Source of the DNA: Deferribacterales bacterium
GTDB taxonomy: Bacteria; Chrysiogenota; Deferribacteres; Deferribacterales; Geovibrionaceae
Assembly (NCBI GenBank): GCA_050251945.1
Contig: JBFWLW010000005.1
Coordinates: 170,068 to 234,067, forward strand
DNA: 64,000 bases
Direction: 5' to 3'
Of the stretch, positions 18,550 through 30,197 are shown piece by piece. The position numbers were made by a program, and so were the translations under genes. Position 1 is the stretch's first letter. Every line of letters starts with the position of its first letter. A model generated the notes under the pieces. The model was given only the letters and a program-made list of their open reading frames with translations, was not told where the DNA came from and made no database searches.

Positions 18550-18813
18550 GTGCCTGTCTATGAACATAAGGTCAATATAAACGGTTTGCAGTACCCGCTG
18601 GTAACAGACAGAGACAAAGACTTTGTGGACAAAGCTACCGATCTTTTGCAGAACCGTATGAACGAGATAAAGAATAAGGTCAACGTGCTTGACACCCAAA
18701 AGCTCGCCGTTATGGCGGCGCTTACTCTGTCTGCGCAATACCTTGACCTGAAAGAAGCGGCTGATGCCGCGGACGTTGTCCTTGATGATCTTTTGAGAAA
18801 GGCTGACGTCTGA
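18550..18813 (+). CDS. zapA: cell division protein ZapA
   Basis: VNINGLQYPL...LAVMAALTL pattern. Synteny with 6S RNA and rny. Confidence 0.85.
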   Translation: MPVYEHKVNINGLQYPLVTDRDKDFVDKATDLLQNRMNEIKNKVNVLDTQKLAVMAALTLSAQYLDLKEAADAADVVLDDLLRKADV

Positions 18814-18845
18814 AAATATAAAAGGCACAGGATGTGCCTCGCGGA

Positions 18846-18974
18846 TTCAGATTTTTGTGATTTATTGCAAAAATCTGAAATAGCGTGAGCAAAGACGAGG
18901 CTTTGCCTGTCTCTGCGTTCCTCGAGAAGACAAAACATGTCTCTGCGAGGAAGCTGATGCTGACGAAGCAGTCT
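18846..18974. repeat. perfect 12-bp hairpin plus REP-like repeat fragments and one full unit
   Basis: TTCAGATTTTTG/CAAAAATCTGAA (18846-18879), a partial reverse unit at 18918-18932, and a forward unit at 18938-18974. Confidence 0.7.
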
Positions 18975-18997
18975 CATTGAATTAAAAATCTAAGGAT

Positions 18998-19171
18998 GCC
19001 CCTGCTGTGTTCGTGTATCATATGAAAATTGGAGCCAATACTCCAGAAAAGGGGGATGATACTGATTGCGGTGTGCAAGCCCGCCATGAGCAGGAAGCCT
19101 GATGCGTCGTGATTCCTCCGCCCTGATGAACAGGGCTACAATTGGATTATGTTAACGGCATGAGCGGGGGC
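18998..19171 (+). ncRNA. ssrS: 6S RNA
   Basis: About 174 nt with paired ends GCCCCTGCT/AGCGGGGGC, 5' CCCTGCTGTGTTCG and central GCGGTGTGCAAGCCCGCC...GGAAGCC. Canonical zapA-ssrS-(5-FCL) position. Confidence 0.85.
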
Positions 19172-19307
19172 TTTTATACCTTTTTTGTCATAAAGTTTTA
19201 AACATATCATTGCTCTATTCTGATGATGTGCTAATATAATAATCAAAGACACATGAATGTGTCTTGTGAGGAAAGTTTTTTACCGCCCGTTAGGGGTTTA
19301 TACATAA

Positions 19308-20540
19308 ATGAGAATACTGGAAGAGTTAAGACCAAAGGTCTTTGACGATATAGCCGGACAGGATCATCTGTTGGGTGCAGATTCCGTATTTCGTAAGATG
19401 GCAGAAGACGGCGGGTTCGACTCGATAATCCTTATCGGTCCACCCGGGACAGGAAAGACCACCTTGGCAGAAATAATCGGAAACCATTTACAGATGCCTT
19501 TTGTCAGTCTCCACGCGGCCACGGCGGGCGCGGCGGAAATCAAGCAGGTTATGGAGTCTGCGGGCACCAGAGGCAAGACGCTGGTTTTTCTGGATGAACT
19601 GCACAGGTTCAACAAAAGTCAGCAGGTTCTTCTTTTGGGTCTGATAGATTCCGGACACGCAAAGCTGATCGGAGCTTCCACAGAAAACCCCTATCACAAT
19701 TTAATACACCCTCTGCGTTCGCGCAGTTTTGTCTTTGAACTTCAAAGGCTTGACCGCAATGCATTTGCGCAGATGTTCGCAAGGGCGTACGAGTATTTTA
19801 AAAAGCGGTATAACGCTGTTGATGTCATTCTGTCTGACGTGGACCTTGACAGGCTCATTCAGGCATCTGACGGTGACGGACGGCGTTTTTACAGTCTTCT
19901 GGAGCTGTCCGCAGTGGGCGGAAAGTTTGTCGGTGACGTTCTGCATCTCAATGTAAAAGAGGCTGCACAGCACACCGCATCCGGAAGGTATAACACCGAC
20001 GAGCATTACAATATGCTTTCGGCGATGATTAAAAGCATAAGGGGAACAGACCCCGATTCCGCGCTTTTGTGGGCATTTTCGCTCCTTAAAAGCGGCATGG
20101 AGCCGGAGGCGATTTTCCGCAGACTGCTTATAAGCGCATCGGAGGACGTAGGCAGTGCCTTTCCCGATGCCGTGACGTTTGCGCACGCAGGCTATGAAAA
20201 CTTCATGGCGGTGGGCAGACCCGAAGGGGATATCATCCTCGCCCATGTTGTGACATTCCTTGCCGGATGCCCCAAGAGCAACCGGAGCTATATGTCCATG
20301 CACATGGTGAAAGAGTATCTTGAAGAGAACACGCCGGCGGTGCCGGAACCTTTACGGACGAACGGGCAGGGGTATGTTTATCCGTTCGATCGCGGCGGGT
20401 TCGTTAAACAGGAATACGGAGCAACGGAAAAGGTCTTTTATGACCCTTCCGACGCGGGATTTGAAAGCAAAATAGCCGAAAGGCTGAGAAAACTTCATGC
20501 GGGTGTCAAGGAATATGGAAAAGGCAAAGGTCAGAAGTGA
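19308..20540 (+). CDS. rarA: replication-associated recombination protein A (AAA+)
   Basis: Motifs LRPK...GQDHL, GPPGTGKTT, LDELHRFNKSQQ, SAMIKSIRGTDPD and PKSN. Confidence 0.92.
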   Translation: MRILEELRPKVFDDIAGQDHLLGADSVFRKMAEDGGFDSIILIGPPGTGKTTLAEIIGNHLQMPFVSLHAATAGAAEIKQVMESAGTRGKTLVFLDELHRFNKSQQVLLLGLIDSGHAKLIGASTENPYHNLIHPLRSRSFVFELQRLDRNAFAQMFARAYEYFKKRYNAVDVILSDVDLDRLIQASDGDGRRFYSLLELSAVGGKFVGDVLHLNVKEAAQHTASGRYNTDEHYNMLSAMIKSIRGTDPDSALLWAFSLLKSGMEPEAIFRRLLISASEDVGSAFPDAVTFAHAGYENFMAVGRPEGDIILAHVVTFLAGCPKSNRSYMSMHMVKEYLEENTPAVPEPLRTNGQGYVYPFDRGGFVKQEYGATEKVFYDPSDAGFESKIAERLRKLHAGVKEYGKGKGQK

Positions 20541-21060
20541 GGCACTTGCCCGACGGAAAAACCTTGATCCGGCATATGCAGAGAGAGCTTCCAGAAGCAT
20601 AACGGAGCGCTTTCTTACCATGTTTCAGGCGTTTGACAGTTTTTTGCTGTATGTCAGCTTCAAAGGCGAAGTTGACACGGCGGAACTTATAAATGCCTTA
20701 TACGGAATGAAAAAGGCGGTTTATCTGCCCTGCGTGCGCGGGGACGGTATAGAGCTTGGGCTTTATAAAGGTGAAAACAGCCTTATCTGCGGTGCATACG
20801 GAATCTGTGAGCCTGCCGAATGTACCGATTACGAATCCATAGACGTTGCCGCGGTACCGGGCGTTGCCTTTGATAAAAGGCTTATCCGGGTTGGCTGGGG
20901 CAAAGGTTATTATGACAGGCTCCTTGCGGCGGGCAGAATACGCAAAGCCGTGGGTCTGGCTTTCCGGTGTCAGCTTTTTGACACCATCGAAGCAGAACCG
21001 CACGACATACCATGCGACATGCTCGTCACCGAAACTGACATATACAGGAGGAACAGCTAA
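20515..21060 (+). CDS. 5-formyltetrahydrofolate cyclo-ligase
   Basis: Motifs VPGVAFDKRLIRVGWGKGYYDR and EPHDIPCD. Confidence 0.92.
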   Translation: MEKAKVRSEALARRKNLDPAYAERASRSITERFLTMFQAFDSFLLYVSFKGEVDTAELINALYGMKKAVYLPCVRGDGIELGLYKGENSLICGAYGICEPAECTDYESIDVAAVPGVAFDKRLIRVGWGKGYYDRLLAAGRIRKAVGLAFRCQLFDTIEAEPHDIPCDMLVTETDIYRRNS

Positions 21061-22620
21061 ATGGGTATATCTTATTACCTTCTGGTGGTAGCCGGAGCTG
21101 TTATCGGAGCATTCTTAGGAATGTTCTGGCAGAAAAAAAGAAATGACGCTGAAAATCTGAAACTGAACAAAACCGCTGAAGACATTATCAGCAGAGCAAA
21201 AAGAGAGAGCGACGACATCGTAAAGGAGTCCAAACTCGAGGCCAAAGATATTGTCAACAAAGGTAAAGCTGAAATCGAAAGAGAAGTGCGCGAAAAACGC
21301 AACGACCTGAAAGTACAGGAAAAACGCATCTTCCAGAAGGAAGAGGCAGTTGACAGAAAGATGGAATCTCTTGAAAAGAAAGAGGAATCCTTTGTACAGA
21401 AAGATGCTGAGTACGAAAGACGCCTGAAAGAGATCGATGCGACGAAAGAACGCATCAACGAGATGAAACAGAACATCATCTTTGAAACTGAGAAGATAGC
21501 GAATATGACCAGCGAAGAAGCCAAACAGATGCTTATCGCACAGATGGTTGACGACGCGAAACTTGAAGCTGCAAGAACTCTGCGCGAGCTGGAAGAGGAG
21601 ACAAAAACCGAAGCCGACAAAAAGGCGAGAAGCATCATCTCCACTGCTATCCAGCGCTGCGCACCCGAATACATCTCGGAGATCACCGTCACTGTTGTGG
21701 CTCTGCCCTCCGACGAGATGAAAGGACGTATCATCGGACGTGAAGGACGTAACATCCGCACGTTTGAAAGCGTTACAGGCGTTGACATCATCGTTGACGA
21801 CACGCCGGAAGCGGTTATCCTCTCGTCCTATGACCCTTTCCGCAGAGAGATAGCCAAAATGACACTGGAAAGACTGGTGTCCGACGGACGTATCCACCCT
21901 GCGCGCATTGAGGAAATTTACAACAAGGCGAAAGAGGAACTTGAAAAACACGTTCTTGAAGTGGGCGAAGAAGCCCTTTTCAACCTCGGTCTGCACAACG
22001 TCAGCAAAGACATAACAAGACTGCTGGGAAGGCTGAAATACAGAACTTCCTATGGTCAGAACGTTCTCGGTCACTCCATTGAAGTTGCCAAGATCACAGG
22101 TCTTATGGCGGCTGAGCTTGGTCTTAACGAGAAGATAGCCAAACGCGCAGGTCTTCTGCACGACATTGGTAAGGCGATAGACTATGAAGCTGAAGGCTCG
22201 CACACCGAAATAGGTGTTGAAGTTGCCAAAAAGCACAAAGAGGATTGGAGAGTTATCAACGCGATAGCTTCCCACCACGGCGAAGAGGAATTCAAATGTA
22301 TCGAGGCTGTGCTTGTTCAGGCGGCTGACGCAATCTCTGCATCACGCCCCGGCGCAAGACGCGAAGTGCTGGAAAGCTACATCAAACGTCTTGAAAACCT
22401 TGAAACCATCGCCAGCGGATTTGACGGCGTAAGCAAATCCTACGCTATTCAGGCAGGACGCGAAGTCAGAATTATCGTTGAACCCGAAAAGGTTAATGAC
22501 GAAAGACTTGTCACCCTGTCCAAAGACATTTCAAAACAGATAGAGGACGAGCTGACCTACCCCGGTCAGATCAAGGTCACTGTTATCCGTGAATCAAGAG
22601 CGGTCGGGTACGCAAAGTGA
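21061..22620 (+). CDS. rny: ribonuclease Y
   Basis: N-terminal TM, coiled coil, KH motif [16 protein letters not shown] motif LLHDIGK. Confidence 0.97.
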   Translation: MGISYYLLVVAGAVIGAFLGMFWQKKRNDAENLKLNKTAEDIISRAKRESDDIVKESKLEAKDIVNKGKAEIEREVREKRNDLKVQEKRIFQKEEAVDRKMESLEKKEESFVQKDAEYERRLKEIDATKERINEMKQNIIFETEKIANMTSEEAKQMLIAQMVDDAKLEAARTLRELEEETKTEADKKARSIISTAIQRCAPEYISEITVTVVALPSDEMKGRIIGREGRNIRTFESVTGVDIIVDDTPEAVILSSYDPFRREIAKMTLERLVSDGRIHPARIEEIYNKAKEELEKHVLEVGEEALFNLGLHNVSKDITRLLGRLKYRTSYGQNVLGHSIEVAKITGLMAAELGLNEKIAKRAGLLHDIGKAIDYEAEGSHTEIGVEVAKKHKEDWRVINAIASHHGEEEFKCIEAVLVQAADAISASRPGARREVLESYIKRLENLETIASGFDGVSKSYAIQAGREVRIIVEPEKVNDERLVTLSKDISKQIEDELTYPGQIKVTVIRESRAVGYAK

Positions 22621-23390
22621 AAGTCCTCCATATCGGAGATATTATCGGGCGCACAGGCAGAAAGGCGGTTCAAACCTTTCTGCCCGCCGTCCGGGCTGAA
22701 TACGAACCTGATATCATCATTGCAAATGCCGAAAACTCTTCCGGAGGTTTCGGCATTTCCTATGCTGTATATGAGGAGTTTCTGCGTCTGGATATTGACA
22801 TCCTCACCACCGGAAACCATGTCTGGGATAACAAAGAGGTGGAAAAGACCATCGGCAGGATGGACAAGCTTATCCGCCCCGCTAACATGCCGGAAGGCGT
22901 GCCTGGCAGAGGCAGCATAACCATTGAGAAGAACGGCGAAAAGTTCACCTGTGTGAACCTCATCGGACGTGTCTTCATGGGGCTTTCCGACTGTCCTTTC
23001 CGCAAGTTTGACAGTATCATGGAAGAGGCGGAAGGTTTTGTGTTTGTAGACTTTCATGCGGAGGCCACCAGCGAGAAAACAGCTTTCGGATTTTATGCCG
23101 ACGGACGGGCTGGAGCTGTTGCGGGAACCCACACCCACGTTCAGACTAATGATGAACGCCTGCTCCCCAAGGGTACGCTGTATCTGACGGACACCGGAAT
23201 GTGCGGCGCTCTGAATTCCGTGATAGGAATGGAAAAATACGCGCCCATAGAAAGGTTTCTGACGGGGATGCCGCGCAAATTTGAGGTTGAAAAGCGGGGT
23301 AAAATATTGTTTAATGCCTTGTTTTTCGAGTACGGAAGCGACCTGAAGGTCACTGATTTCTCTAAAGTATGTATAACGTCAGGGGACTGA
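22617..23390 (+). CDS. ymdB: YmdB-family metallophosphoesterase
   Basis: Motifs [20 protein letters not shown] and GTHTHV. Follows rny. Confidence 0.93.
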   Translation: MKVLHIGDIIGRTGRKAVQTFLPAVRAEYEPDIIIANAENSSGGFGISYAVYEEFLRLDIDILTTGNHVWDNKEVEKTIGRMDKLIRPANMPEGVPGRGSITIEKNGEKFTCVNLIGRVFMGLSDCPFRKFDSIMEEAEGFVFVDFHAEATSEKTAFGFYADGRAGAVAGTHTHVQTNDERLLPKGTLYLTDTGMCGALNSVIGMEKYAPIERFLTGMPRKFEVEKRGKILFNALFFEYGSDLKVTDFSKVCITSGD

Positions 23391-23391
23391 T

Positions 23392-24300
23392 ATGGACTAT
23401 AAAGCGGAGATTAAAAAGCTTGCAAAACAGCGGGATGCGGTTATTCTCGCCCATAATTATCAGATAGATGATATTCAGGAAATAGCTGATATAACAGGTG
23501 ATTCCCTCGGATTGTCCATTGAGGCTGCTAAAACTCCAAATAAGGTCATTGTTTTCTGCGGCGTGCATTTCATGGCGGAGACCGCTCATATGCTCGCACC
23601 GGAAAAGACTGTCCTTCTGCCCAGACCTGACGCGGGATGTCCCATGGCGGATATGATAACAGGCGAAAAGCTCGCCGGATTCAAGGCTCAGCACCCCGGT
23701 GCCGTGACCGTCTGCTATGTAAACTCCACTGCGGAAGTTAAGGCTCAGAGCGATCTGTGCTGTACTTCCGGCAACGCTGTCAATGTTATCAAAAGCATAC
23801 AGTCGGACAAGATTCTTTTTGTTCCGGATAAGAACCTCGGAAACTACGTTCAGAGATTCACCGACAAAGAGGTGATCCTTTATCCCGGCTTCTGCCCGAT
23901 ACACAATCGGGTGACGGTTCCGGAAATTCAGCAGCTCAGACGCGAACACCCGGACGCAATAGTTGTCGCACACCCGGAATGTCCCCCTTCTGTGGTGGAT
24001 ATCGCAGACCACGTCTGCTCAACATCGGGTATCTATACCTATTGCAAGGTCAGCGATGCGAAGAAATTCATAATCGCAACTGAAACCGGCGTAGGTTACA
24101 GGCTGAGACTTGAAAATCCTGATAAGACATTCCTGTTCGCATATGAAGGCTTCACCTGCAAAAACATGAAAAAGACAACTCTTAAAGATGTTTACGAGTG
24201 CCTTTTAAACATGAGCAACGTTATCACTGTTGATCAGAAAGTTGCTAAAAAAGCTGTGACCTGCATTGAACGGATGCTCGCCATACCAAGAAACGAATAG
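23392..24300 (+). CDS. nadA: quinolinate synthase A
   Basis: Motifs ILAHNYQ, FCGVHFMAE, AGCPMA, YVNS and AHPEC. Confidence 0.96.
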   Translation: MDYKAEIKKLAKQRDAVILAHNYQIDDIQEIADITGDSLGLSIEAAKTPNKVIVFCGVHFMAETAHMLAPEKTVLLPRPDAGCPMADMITGEKLAGFKAQHPGAVTVCYVNSTAEVKAQSDLCCTSGNAVNVIKSIQSDKILFVPDKNLGNYVQRFTDKEVILYPGFCPIHNRVTVPEIQQLRREHPDAIVVAHPECPPSVVDIADHVCSTSGIYTYCKVSDAKKFIIATETGVGYRLRLENPDKTFLFAYEGFTCKNMKKTTLKDVYECLLNMSNVITVDQKVAKKAVTCIERMLAIPRNE

Positions 24301-24380
24301 GTTTTTTAAATATAGGCTTCCATTATATTGAAAAATCTGATATTGTTTTTAAGCCGTTATAATTGATTGAGGGTCATTAT

Positions 24381-24833
24381 ATGAAACGTGTTGCTCTAGC
24401 TTCCGACCACGGCGGTTTCGGTCTTAAGTCGGAAATCAAAAATTATCTTACATCAAAAGGTTATGAGGTTGTCGACCTCGGTACCGATTCCGAATCTTCT
24501 GTTGACTATCCCGATTTTGGTGCTGCCGCGGCAAAAGCCGTTCTTGAAAAGAATGCCGACTGCGCAATAGTTATGTGCGGCTCTGGTATCGGCATCTCCA
24601 TTTCTGCCAATAAATTCAAAGGCATACGCTGTGCGCTCTGCTTTGACACCTACACGGCGAAGATGTGCCGTCTGCACAACGACGCAAACATAATGGCGCT
24701 TGGCGGACGCATCACCACAATAGAGAGAGCGGTTGATATGGTTGATATTTTCCTCAATACTGAATTTGAGGGCGGACGTCACCAGAGACGCATCGACAAG
24801 ATAGACGAACTCGCAAAAGAAAGCTGGTGCTGA
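24381..24833 (+). CDS. rpiB: ribose-5-phosphate isomerase B
   Basis: Motifs SDHGG, CGSGIG, HNDAN and FEGGRH. Confidence 0.95.
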   Translation: MKRVALASDHGGFGLKSEIKNYLTSKGYEVVDLGTDSESSVDYPDFGAAAAKAVLEKNADCAIVMCGSGIGISISANKFKGIRCALCFDTYTAKMCRLHNDANIMALGGRITTIERAVDMVDIFLNTEFEGGRHQRRIDKIDELAKESWC

Positions 24834-24834
24834 G

Positions 24835-25299
24835 ATGGGTAAAACAGAAAGACCCTCATGGGATGAATATTTTATCGAAATGACAAATCTGGTGAAAGAG
24901 CGCTCGACATGCCTGAGAAGGCAGGTAGGAGCAGTCATCGTTAAAGACCATCATATACTCGCAACGGGTTACAACGGTGTTCCCAGCGGCATAACCCACT
25001 GCGCTGAAACCGGATGTCTCCGCGAACAGCTTAAAGTTCCCTCCGGCGAACGCCACGAAATATGCAGGGGGCTTCACGCCGAGCAAAACGCCATCATTCA
25101 GGCGGCATATCACGGGATAAGCATAAAAGGCTCAGTGCTTTACTGCAATACGAAACCATGCTCCATCTGCGCGAAAATGATATGCAACGCAGGCATTGAA
25201 AAAGTTATCTATGAACAGGGATACAGCGACCCGCTGGCGGACGAAATGCTTTACGAAAAGCGGGTTCAGCTTATTAAGTACGAAAAAGGAAAGATCTGA
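24835..25299 (+). CDS. dCMP deaminase family protein
   Basis: Motifs [25 protein letters not shown] and PCSIC. Confidence 0.92.
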   Translation: MGKTERPSWDEYFIEMTNLVKERSTCLRRQVGAVIVKDHHILATGYNGVPSGITHCAETGCLREQLKVPSGERHEICRGLHAEQNAIIQAAYHGISIKGSVLYCNTKPCSICAKMICNAGIEKVIYEQGYSDPLADEMLYEKRVQLIKYEKGKI

Positions 25300-26606
25300 T
25301 GCCTTTTTTCGGGTTTAAGGGCGGTGTCCATCCTGACTACAATAAATCACTGACCAGCGGGAAACCCACTGAAACCCTGCCCGTTAAAGCGGGGGATAAG
25401 TATTACCTGCCGCTTTCCCAGCACATCGGCGCCCCGGCAAAACCTGTGGTTGTTAAAAATCAGCAGGTTAAGACAGGCGAACTGGTGGCAGAGGCGGGCG
25501 GATTTATAAGCGCTGCCATCCACAGTCCCGTCAACGGCAAGGTTACGTCCATATCCCATGTCATACACCCAATGGCAGGGCGCATGGAAGGGGTAATCAT
25601 CGAGGCGGACGAGACAAACGACGAATACGAACCCATCTCGGACGAGGGGACTTTTCAGCAGATAGTCCAGCGCGCCGGCATAACAGGTATGGGCGGGGCG
25701 ACCTTCCCGACTCACGTTAAGCTTTCACCGCCGAAAGAAGTGGATACACTGCTCATCAACGGTGCAGAGTGTGAGCCATATCTCACATGCGACCACCGCA
25801 TGATGCTTGAACAGACGCTCAAGGTCATAAAAGGCGCTGTGCTTATCAAAGAAAAACTGAATATCAGGAATCTCATAATTGGTATAGAGAAAAACAAGCC
25901 CGATGCCGTACAGTTATTTAAAAGATACGAAAAAGAGTACGGTTTCGAGCTTATTCCTCTTTATGTCAAATACCCGCAGGGCGGAGAGAAACAGCTTATA
26001 AAAGCTTGTGTGAACAGGGTTGTGCCGGAGGGTAAACTTCCGGTTGAAGTGGGCGTTATCGTGCATAACGTCGGAACCGCCGCCGCTGTTTATGCGGCAT
26101 ATTATGACAAAAAGCCGCTTTTTGAGCGTATTGTCACTGTTACGGGCGCTGTAGTGACCCCGAAAAACCTCCGCGTCAGGGTGGGAACCCCCATTCTGTC
26201 ACTTATTGACGCATGCGGCGGGTTTTTAGGCGTTCCGAAAAAGATAATTATGGGCGGACCTATGATGGGTATGGCGGTGACATCCGTCGAAACTCCCGTT
26301 ATGAAAGGAACCAGCGGAATTCTGGTTTACCGCGAAGAGGATATGCCCGACCTGACAAAATATCCGTGCATACGCTGCGGGCGGTGTGTTGACGCATGCC
26401 CGATGCTTCTTGTGCCTTCCATCATGGACAGGTTCGTGAAAAAGGAAATGTACGAAGAACTTGAACAACACCATGTGATGAACTGCATAGAGTGCGGATG
26501 CTGTTCCTACGTCTGCCCGTCCAGAAGGACGCTGGTGGGCGGTTTCAAAACATCCAAACGTCACATTATGCAGAGGATAAAGGAGAGGGGGGCGAAAAAT
26601 GCCTGA
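25299..26606 (+). CDS. rnfC: Rnf electron transport complex subunit C
   Basis: Motifs QHIGAP, GMGGATFPT and NGAECEPY, plus two 4Fe-4S motifs. Confidence 0.96.
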   Translation: MPFFGFKGGVHPDYNKSLTSGKPTETLPVKAGDKYYLPLSQHIGAPAKPVVVKNQQVKTGELVAEAGGFISAAIHSPVNGKVTSISHVIHPMAGRMEGVIIEADETNDEYEPISDEGTFQQIVQRAGITGMGGATFPTHVKLSPPKEVDTLLINGAECEPYLTCDHRMMLEQTLKVIKGAVLIKEKLNIRNLIIGIEKNKPDAVQLFKRYEKEYGFELIPLYVKYPQGGEKQLIKACVNRVVPEGKLPVEVGVIVHNVGTAAAVYAAYYDKKPLFERIVTVTGAVVTPKNLRVRVGTPILSLIDACGGFLGVPKKIIMGGPMMGMAVTSVETPVMKGTSGILVYREEDMPDLTKYPCIRCGRCVDACPMLLVPSIMDRFVKKEMYEELEQHHVMNCIECGCCSYVCPSRRTLVGGFKTSKRHIMQRIKERGAKNA

Positions 26607-27591
26607 CAGAAAATTTCTGGTGACCTTTTCACCCCACGACAGACACCCCGATACGACGAATAAGGTGATGATGACGGTGGTGATAGCCATGCTCCCCATC
26701 ATTGCCAATTCAATATGGTATTACGGTTATTACGCGGTTAAGGGCTATGTGCTTACAACCCTTTTCTGCATAGGTTTTGAATATCTTTTCAACAGGATAT
26801 CCGGCAGACCTGTGGCTATAAAAGATAATTCGGCTCTGGTGACGGGGCTTCTGCTGGCAATGAACATGCCTGCCGCCGCTCCATGGTGGACGATGCTTGT
26901 GGGATCATTCATTGCTATAATCGTTTCAAAACAGGTTTACGGCGGACTTGGACAGAACCCGTTCAACCCCGCTCTGGTGGCGCGGGTGTTTCTGCTCATA
27001 GCGTGGCCTGTGGAGATGACCTCATGGGTTAAGCCTTCGCCAATAATCCATGGATTCCTTTTTGACACAGTAAGTTCTGCGACACCGCTTGGAACGCTGA
27101 AATCCGACATAATAGCCCACGGGCATGTTGTCACGGCGAACCTTGCCACATACACAGACCAGATAATCGGCAACGTCAGCAGCTGTATGGGCGGCGACGG
27201 AGCTATATTTGTACTTATAGGCGGACTTTTCATGATGAACCGCAAGGTCATTTCATGGCATATCCCCGTTTCGTTCCTCGGAACACTTTTCGCGTTCACA
27301 GGCATCATTTGGCTTATAAATCCCCAGCGTACTATCGACCCGTTTCTGCACATTGTCAGTGGCGGTGCTATGCTTGCGGCTTTCTTCATGGCGACGGATT
27401 ATGTTACATCCCCCGTCATAAAGCGAGCGCAGATAGTATTCGGAATCGGATGCGGACTTATTGCCGGAATCATCAGAATTTACGGAAGCTACCCTGAGGG
27501 TACCGGCTTTGCCGTGCTTATCATGAACGCGTTCGTTCCTCTGCTGGATAAATATATGCGCCCGCTGTCGTTCGGCGAGGTGAAGAAATGA
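26599..27591 (+). CDS. rnfD: Rnf subunit D
   Basis: GGLGQNPFNPA, FMN site SATPL, FMATDYVTSP. Confidence 0.96.
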   Translation: MPDRKFLVTFSPHDRHPDTTNKVMMTVVIAMLPIIANSIWYYGYYAVKGYVLTTLFCIGFEYLFNRISGRPVAIKDNSALVTGLLLAMNMPAAAPWWTMLVGSFIAIIVSKQVYGGLGQNPFNPALVARVFLLIAWPVEMTSWVKPSPIIHGFLFDTVSSATPLGTLKSDIIAHGHVVTANLATYTDQIIGNVSSCMGGDGAIFVLIGGLFMMNRKVISWHIPVSFLGTLFAFTGIIWLINPQRTIDPFLHIVSGGAMLAAFFMATDYVTSPVIKRAQIVFGIGCGLIAGIIRIYGSYPEGTGFAVLIMNAFVPLLDKYMRPLSFGEVKK

Positions 27592-28136
27592 ATAACCAGC
27601 TTAAGATGGTTGTGGTGCTTACGGTGATATCCGCTCTTGCCGCGCTCCTTCTGACAGGGGTTTACAGCGCCACGAAGCAGAAGATAGCCGATGCGGAGCG
27701 TCAGGATTTTCTGAAAGGTCTGACAACGGTTCTGCCCGGATTCGACAACGAACCGGACAGGGAGACAATGACAGTTGACGGAAACACCCTGTATATCGGT
27801 AAAAAAGGCGGAAAAGTTTTCGGCTATGCTGTGGAAGGCATTACTGCAAAAGGATATTCTGGTAACATAAAAATACTTGTCGGTGCAGGCGTTGACGGAA
27901 AAGTGCTTGGTATCGAAGTGATAAGCCACGCGGAAACACCGGGGCTTGGAAACAAAATAGAAGATGAGACATGGCGGGACAGCTTCATAGGCAGGACCGC
28001 CGATTCAAATATAACCGTCAAAAAGGACGGCGGCGAAATAGACAGTTTCAGCGGAGCGACCATATCACCGCGCGCTGTCTGCGAGGCGGTCAGAAACGCA
28101 CTTGCCATAATCGGCAAAGTCGGGGGTGCTGAATGA
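27588..28136 (+). CDS. rnfG: Rnf subunit G
   Basis: ETPGLG and FMN site SGATIS. Confidence 0.95.
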   Translation: MNNQLKMVVVLTVISALAALLLTGVYSATKQKIADAERQDFLKGLTTVLPGFDNEPDRETMTVDGNTLYIGKKGGKVFGYAVEGITAKGYSGNIKILVGAGVDGKVLGIEVISHAETPGLGNKIEDETWRDSFIGRTADSNITVKKDGGEIDSFSGATISPRAVCEAVRNALAIIGKVGGAE

Positions 28137-28744
28137 AATTATCCATCCTGACAGAAGGAATTTTTAAGAACAACCCCGTTATGAAGCAGGTTCTGGGGCT
28201 TTGCCCGACACTTGCCGTGACCACCTCCGCAATCAACGGAATAGCTATGGGACTCGCCACCACAGGCGTGCTTATGGGGTCGAACGTTGCTGTTGCTCTT
28301 GTTAAAAATATAATACCTGCAAAGGTGCGCATACCTGCATATGTAGTGATAATCGCTACCTTTGTCACGCTTATAGACCTTTCCATGAACGCATATTTCC
28401 ATGACCTGCATAAGATACTTGGTCTGTTTATTCCTCTTATCGTGGTGAACTGTATTGTTCTCGGCAGGGCGGAGAGCTTTGCGTCCAAGAACGGCGTGTT
28501 CGATTCACTTCTGGACGGCATAGGCTCCGGTCTGGGGTTCACGCTGACGCTGTTCGTTCTCGGAAGCATCCGCGAAGTTCTTGGAAACGGTTCGTGGTTC
28601 GGTTTAGACCTTTTCGGGGTGCATTTCAGCCCCGCGATACTTATGATACTGCCTCCCGGCGCGTTCATCGTCCTTGGGTTCATGATGGCGTTCAACAACT
28701 TTGTTGAAGAGCGCAGACGCATCAGCAGAGGAGGCGCGCAATGA
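28133..28744 (+). CDS. rnfE: Rnf subunit E
   Basis: [10 protein letters not shown] and IPLIVVNC. Confidence 0.96.
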   Translation: MKLSILTEGIFKNNPVMKQVLGLCPTLAVTTSAINGIAMGLATTGVLMGSNVAVALVKNIIPAKVRIPAYVVIIATFVTLIDLSMNAYFHDLHKILGLFIPLIVVNCIVLGRAESFASKNGVFDSLLDGIGSGLGFTLTLFVLGSIREVLGNGSWFGLDLFGVHFSPAILMILPPGAFIVLGFMMAFNNFVEERRRISRGGAQ

Positions 28745-29316
28745 GCCTTTTCCTCCTGTTTGTCGGTGCCGTTCTTGTAAATAACTTCGTTCTTGCCCGT
28801 TTTCTCGGTATCTGCCCGTTTTTCGGGGTGTCGAAAAAAGTTGAGACGGCTGTGGGCATGGGACTTGCGGTCACATTCGTGATGACCGTAGCAGGCTCTA
28901 TCACATGGATAATCCAGTATGCCGTGCTGGACAGGTTCAAGGTCGGCTTTTTGCAGACCATAGTTTTCATTCTTGTCATCGCCGCCCTCGTGCAGTTTGT
29001 TGAGATGGTAATTGAAAAATCATCACCCGACCTGTACCAGAGCCTTGGCATCTATCTTCCTCTGATAACCACCAACTGCGCCATACTCGGTGCGGCTATA
29101 ATCAATATACAGTCGGGATTCGATTTCCTGCATATGCTGGTGTTCACAATCGGCTCTGCGCTGGGTTTCACATTGGCTATGGTGCTTTTTTCAGGCATCA
29201 GGGAGCGCATTGAGCTGTCCGACATCCCGTATTATTTCCGCGGACTGCCTATCGCTTTCATAACTGCTGGGATACTCGCCCTCGCTTTCATGGGCTTTTC
29301 AGGGCTGGTGAAGTGA
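28741..29316 (+). CDS. rnfA: Rnf subunit A
   Basis: FLGICPFFG and LPLITTNC. Confidence 0.96.
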   Translation: MSLFLLFVGAVLVNNFVLARFLGICPFFGVSKKVETAVGMGLAVTFVMTVAGSITWIIQYAVLDRFKVGFLQTIVFILVIAALVQFVEMVIEKSSPDLYQSLGIYLPLITTNCAILGAAIINIQSGFDFLHMLVFTIGSALGFTLAMVLFSGIRERIELSDIPYYFRGLPIAFITAGILALAFMGFSGLVK

Positions 29317-29317
29317 T

Positions 29318-30106
29318 ATGATAGCGGCAGTTTTAACAATGGCGGCAACAGGTTTTGTTGCGGGGCTGGGTCTGATGTACGCCTCAAAAAAGTTTCATGT
29401 GGTAAAGGATGAGCGCATTGAAGCGGTGAACGAGATGCTCCCCGCGGCAAACTGCGGCGGATGCGGATATCCGGGCTGCGCGGCTCTGGCGGAGGCTATC
29501 GTAAGCGGGAAAGTACCTGTTAACGCGTGCCCTGTGTGCAGCCGCGATATGGTTCAGCAGATTGCGGAATATCTGGGACTGACAGCCGACAGCTCTGTTA
29601 AAAAAGTTGCAAGAGTCAGATGCAACGGCGGGTGTGAAAACGCTGTTGAGAAATATAATTATTATGGTCCCCGCGACTGCCACAGTATCGTTATCTTAAA
29701 CGGCGGGAGCAAACTCTGTACCTTCGGGTGTGTGGGTGAGGGGAGCTGTGTTAAGGCTTGCGGTTTTGACGCGATGCACATGGGCAAAAACGGCATACCT
29801 GTGGTCAATGCCGAAAAATGCTGTGCCTGCGGGCTTTGTGTCAAGGCATGTCCCAGAAATCTTATCATGCTCATTCCCGAAGAAAAGCCTGTCGTGGTCA
29901 ACTGTATGTCGAAAGACAAAGGACCCGAAGTGAAAAAAGCTTGCAGTGTCGGGTGCATAGGCTGTAAGATGTGCGAGAAAAAATGCCCTGTCGGCGCTAT
30001 AGATGTGGACAGTTTCTTAGCGAAGATAGATCCTTCCGTCTGTAATGTCTGTGGTGAGTGCGTGGCGGTATGCCCCACAAAAGCTATTGGAGATTATAGC
30101 AAATAA
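29318..30106 (+). CDS. rnfB: Rnf subunit B (polyferredoxin)
   Basis: LPAANCGGCGYPGC and several CxxCxxCxxxCP motifs. Confidence 0.95.
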   Translation: MIAAVLTMAATGFVAGLGLMYASKKFHVVKDERIEAVNEMLPAANCGGCGYPGCAALAEAIVSGKVPVNACPVCSRDMVQQIAEYLGLTADSSVKKVARVRCNGGCENAVEKYNYYGPRDCHSIVILNGGSKLCTFGCVGEGSCVKACGFDAMHMGKNGIPVVNAEKCCACGLCVKACPRNLIMLIPEEKPVVVNCMSKDKGPEVKKACSVGCIGCKMCEKKCPVGAIDVDSFLAKIDPSVCNVCGECVAVCPTKAIGDYSK

Positions 30107-30197
30107 TTACTCAAATTCGACGCAAAAAGGACGATAAAGAAGAGAGGCGTTTATCTGCAAAGATAAACACACAATAAAGCTATGTTCTTGGAGCGTT

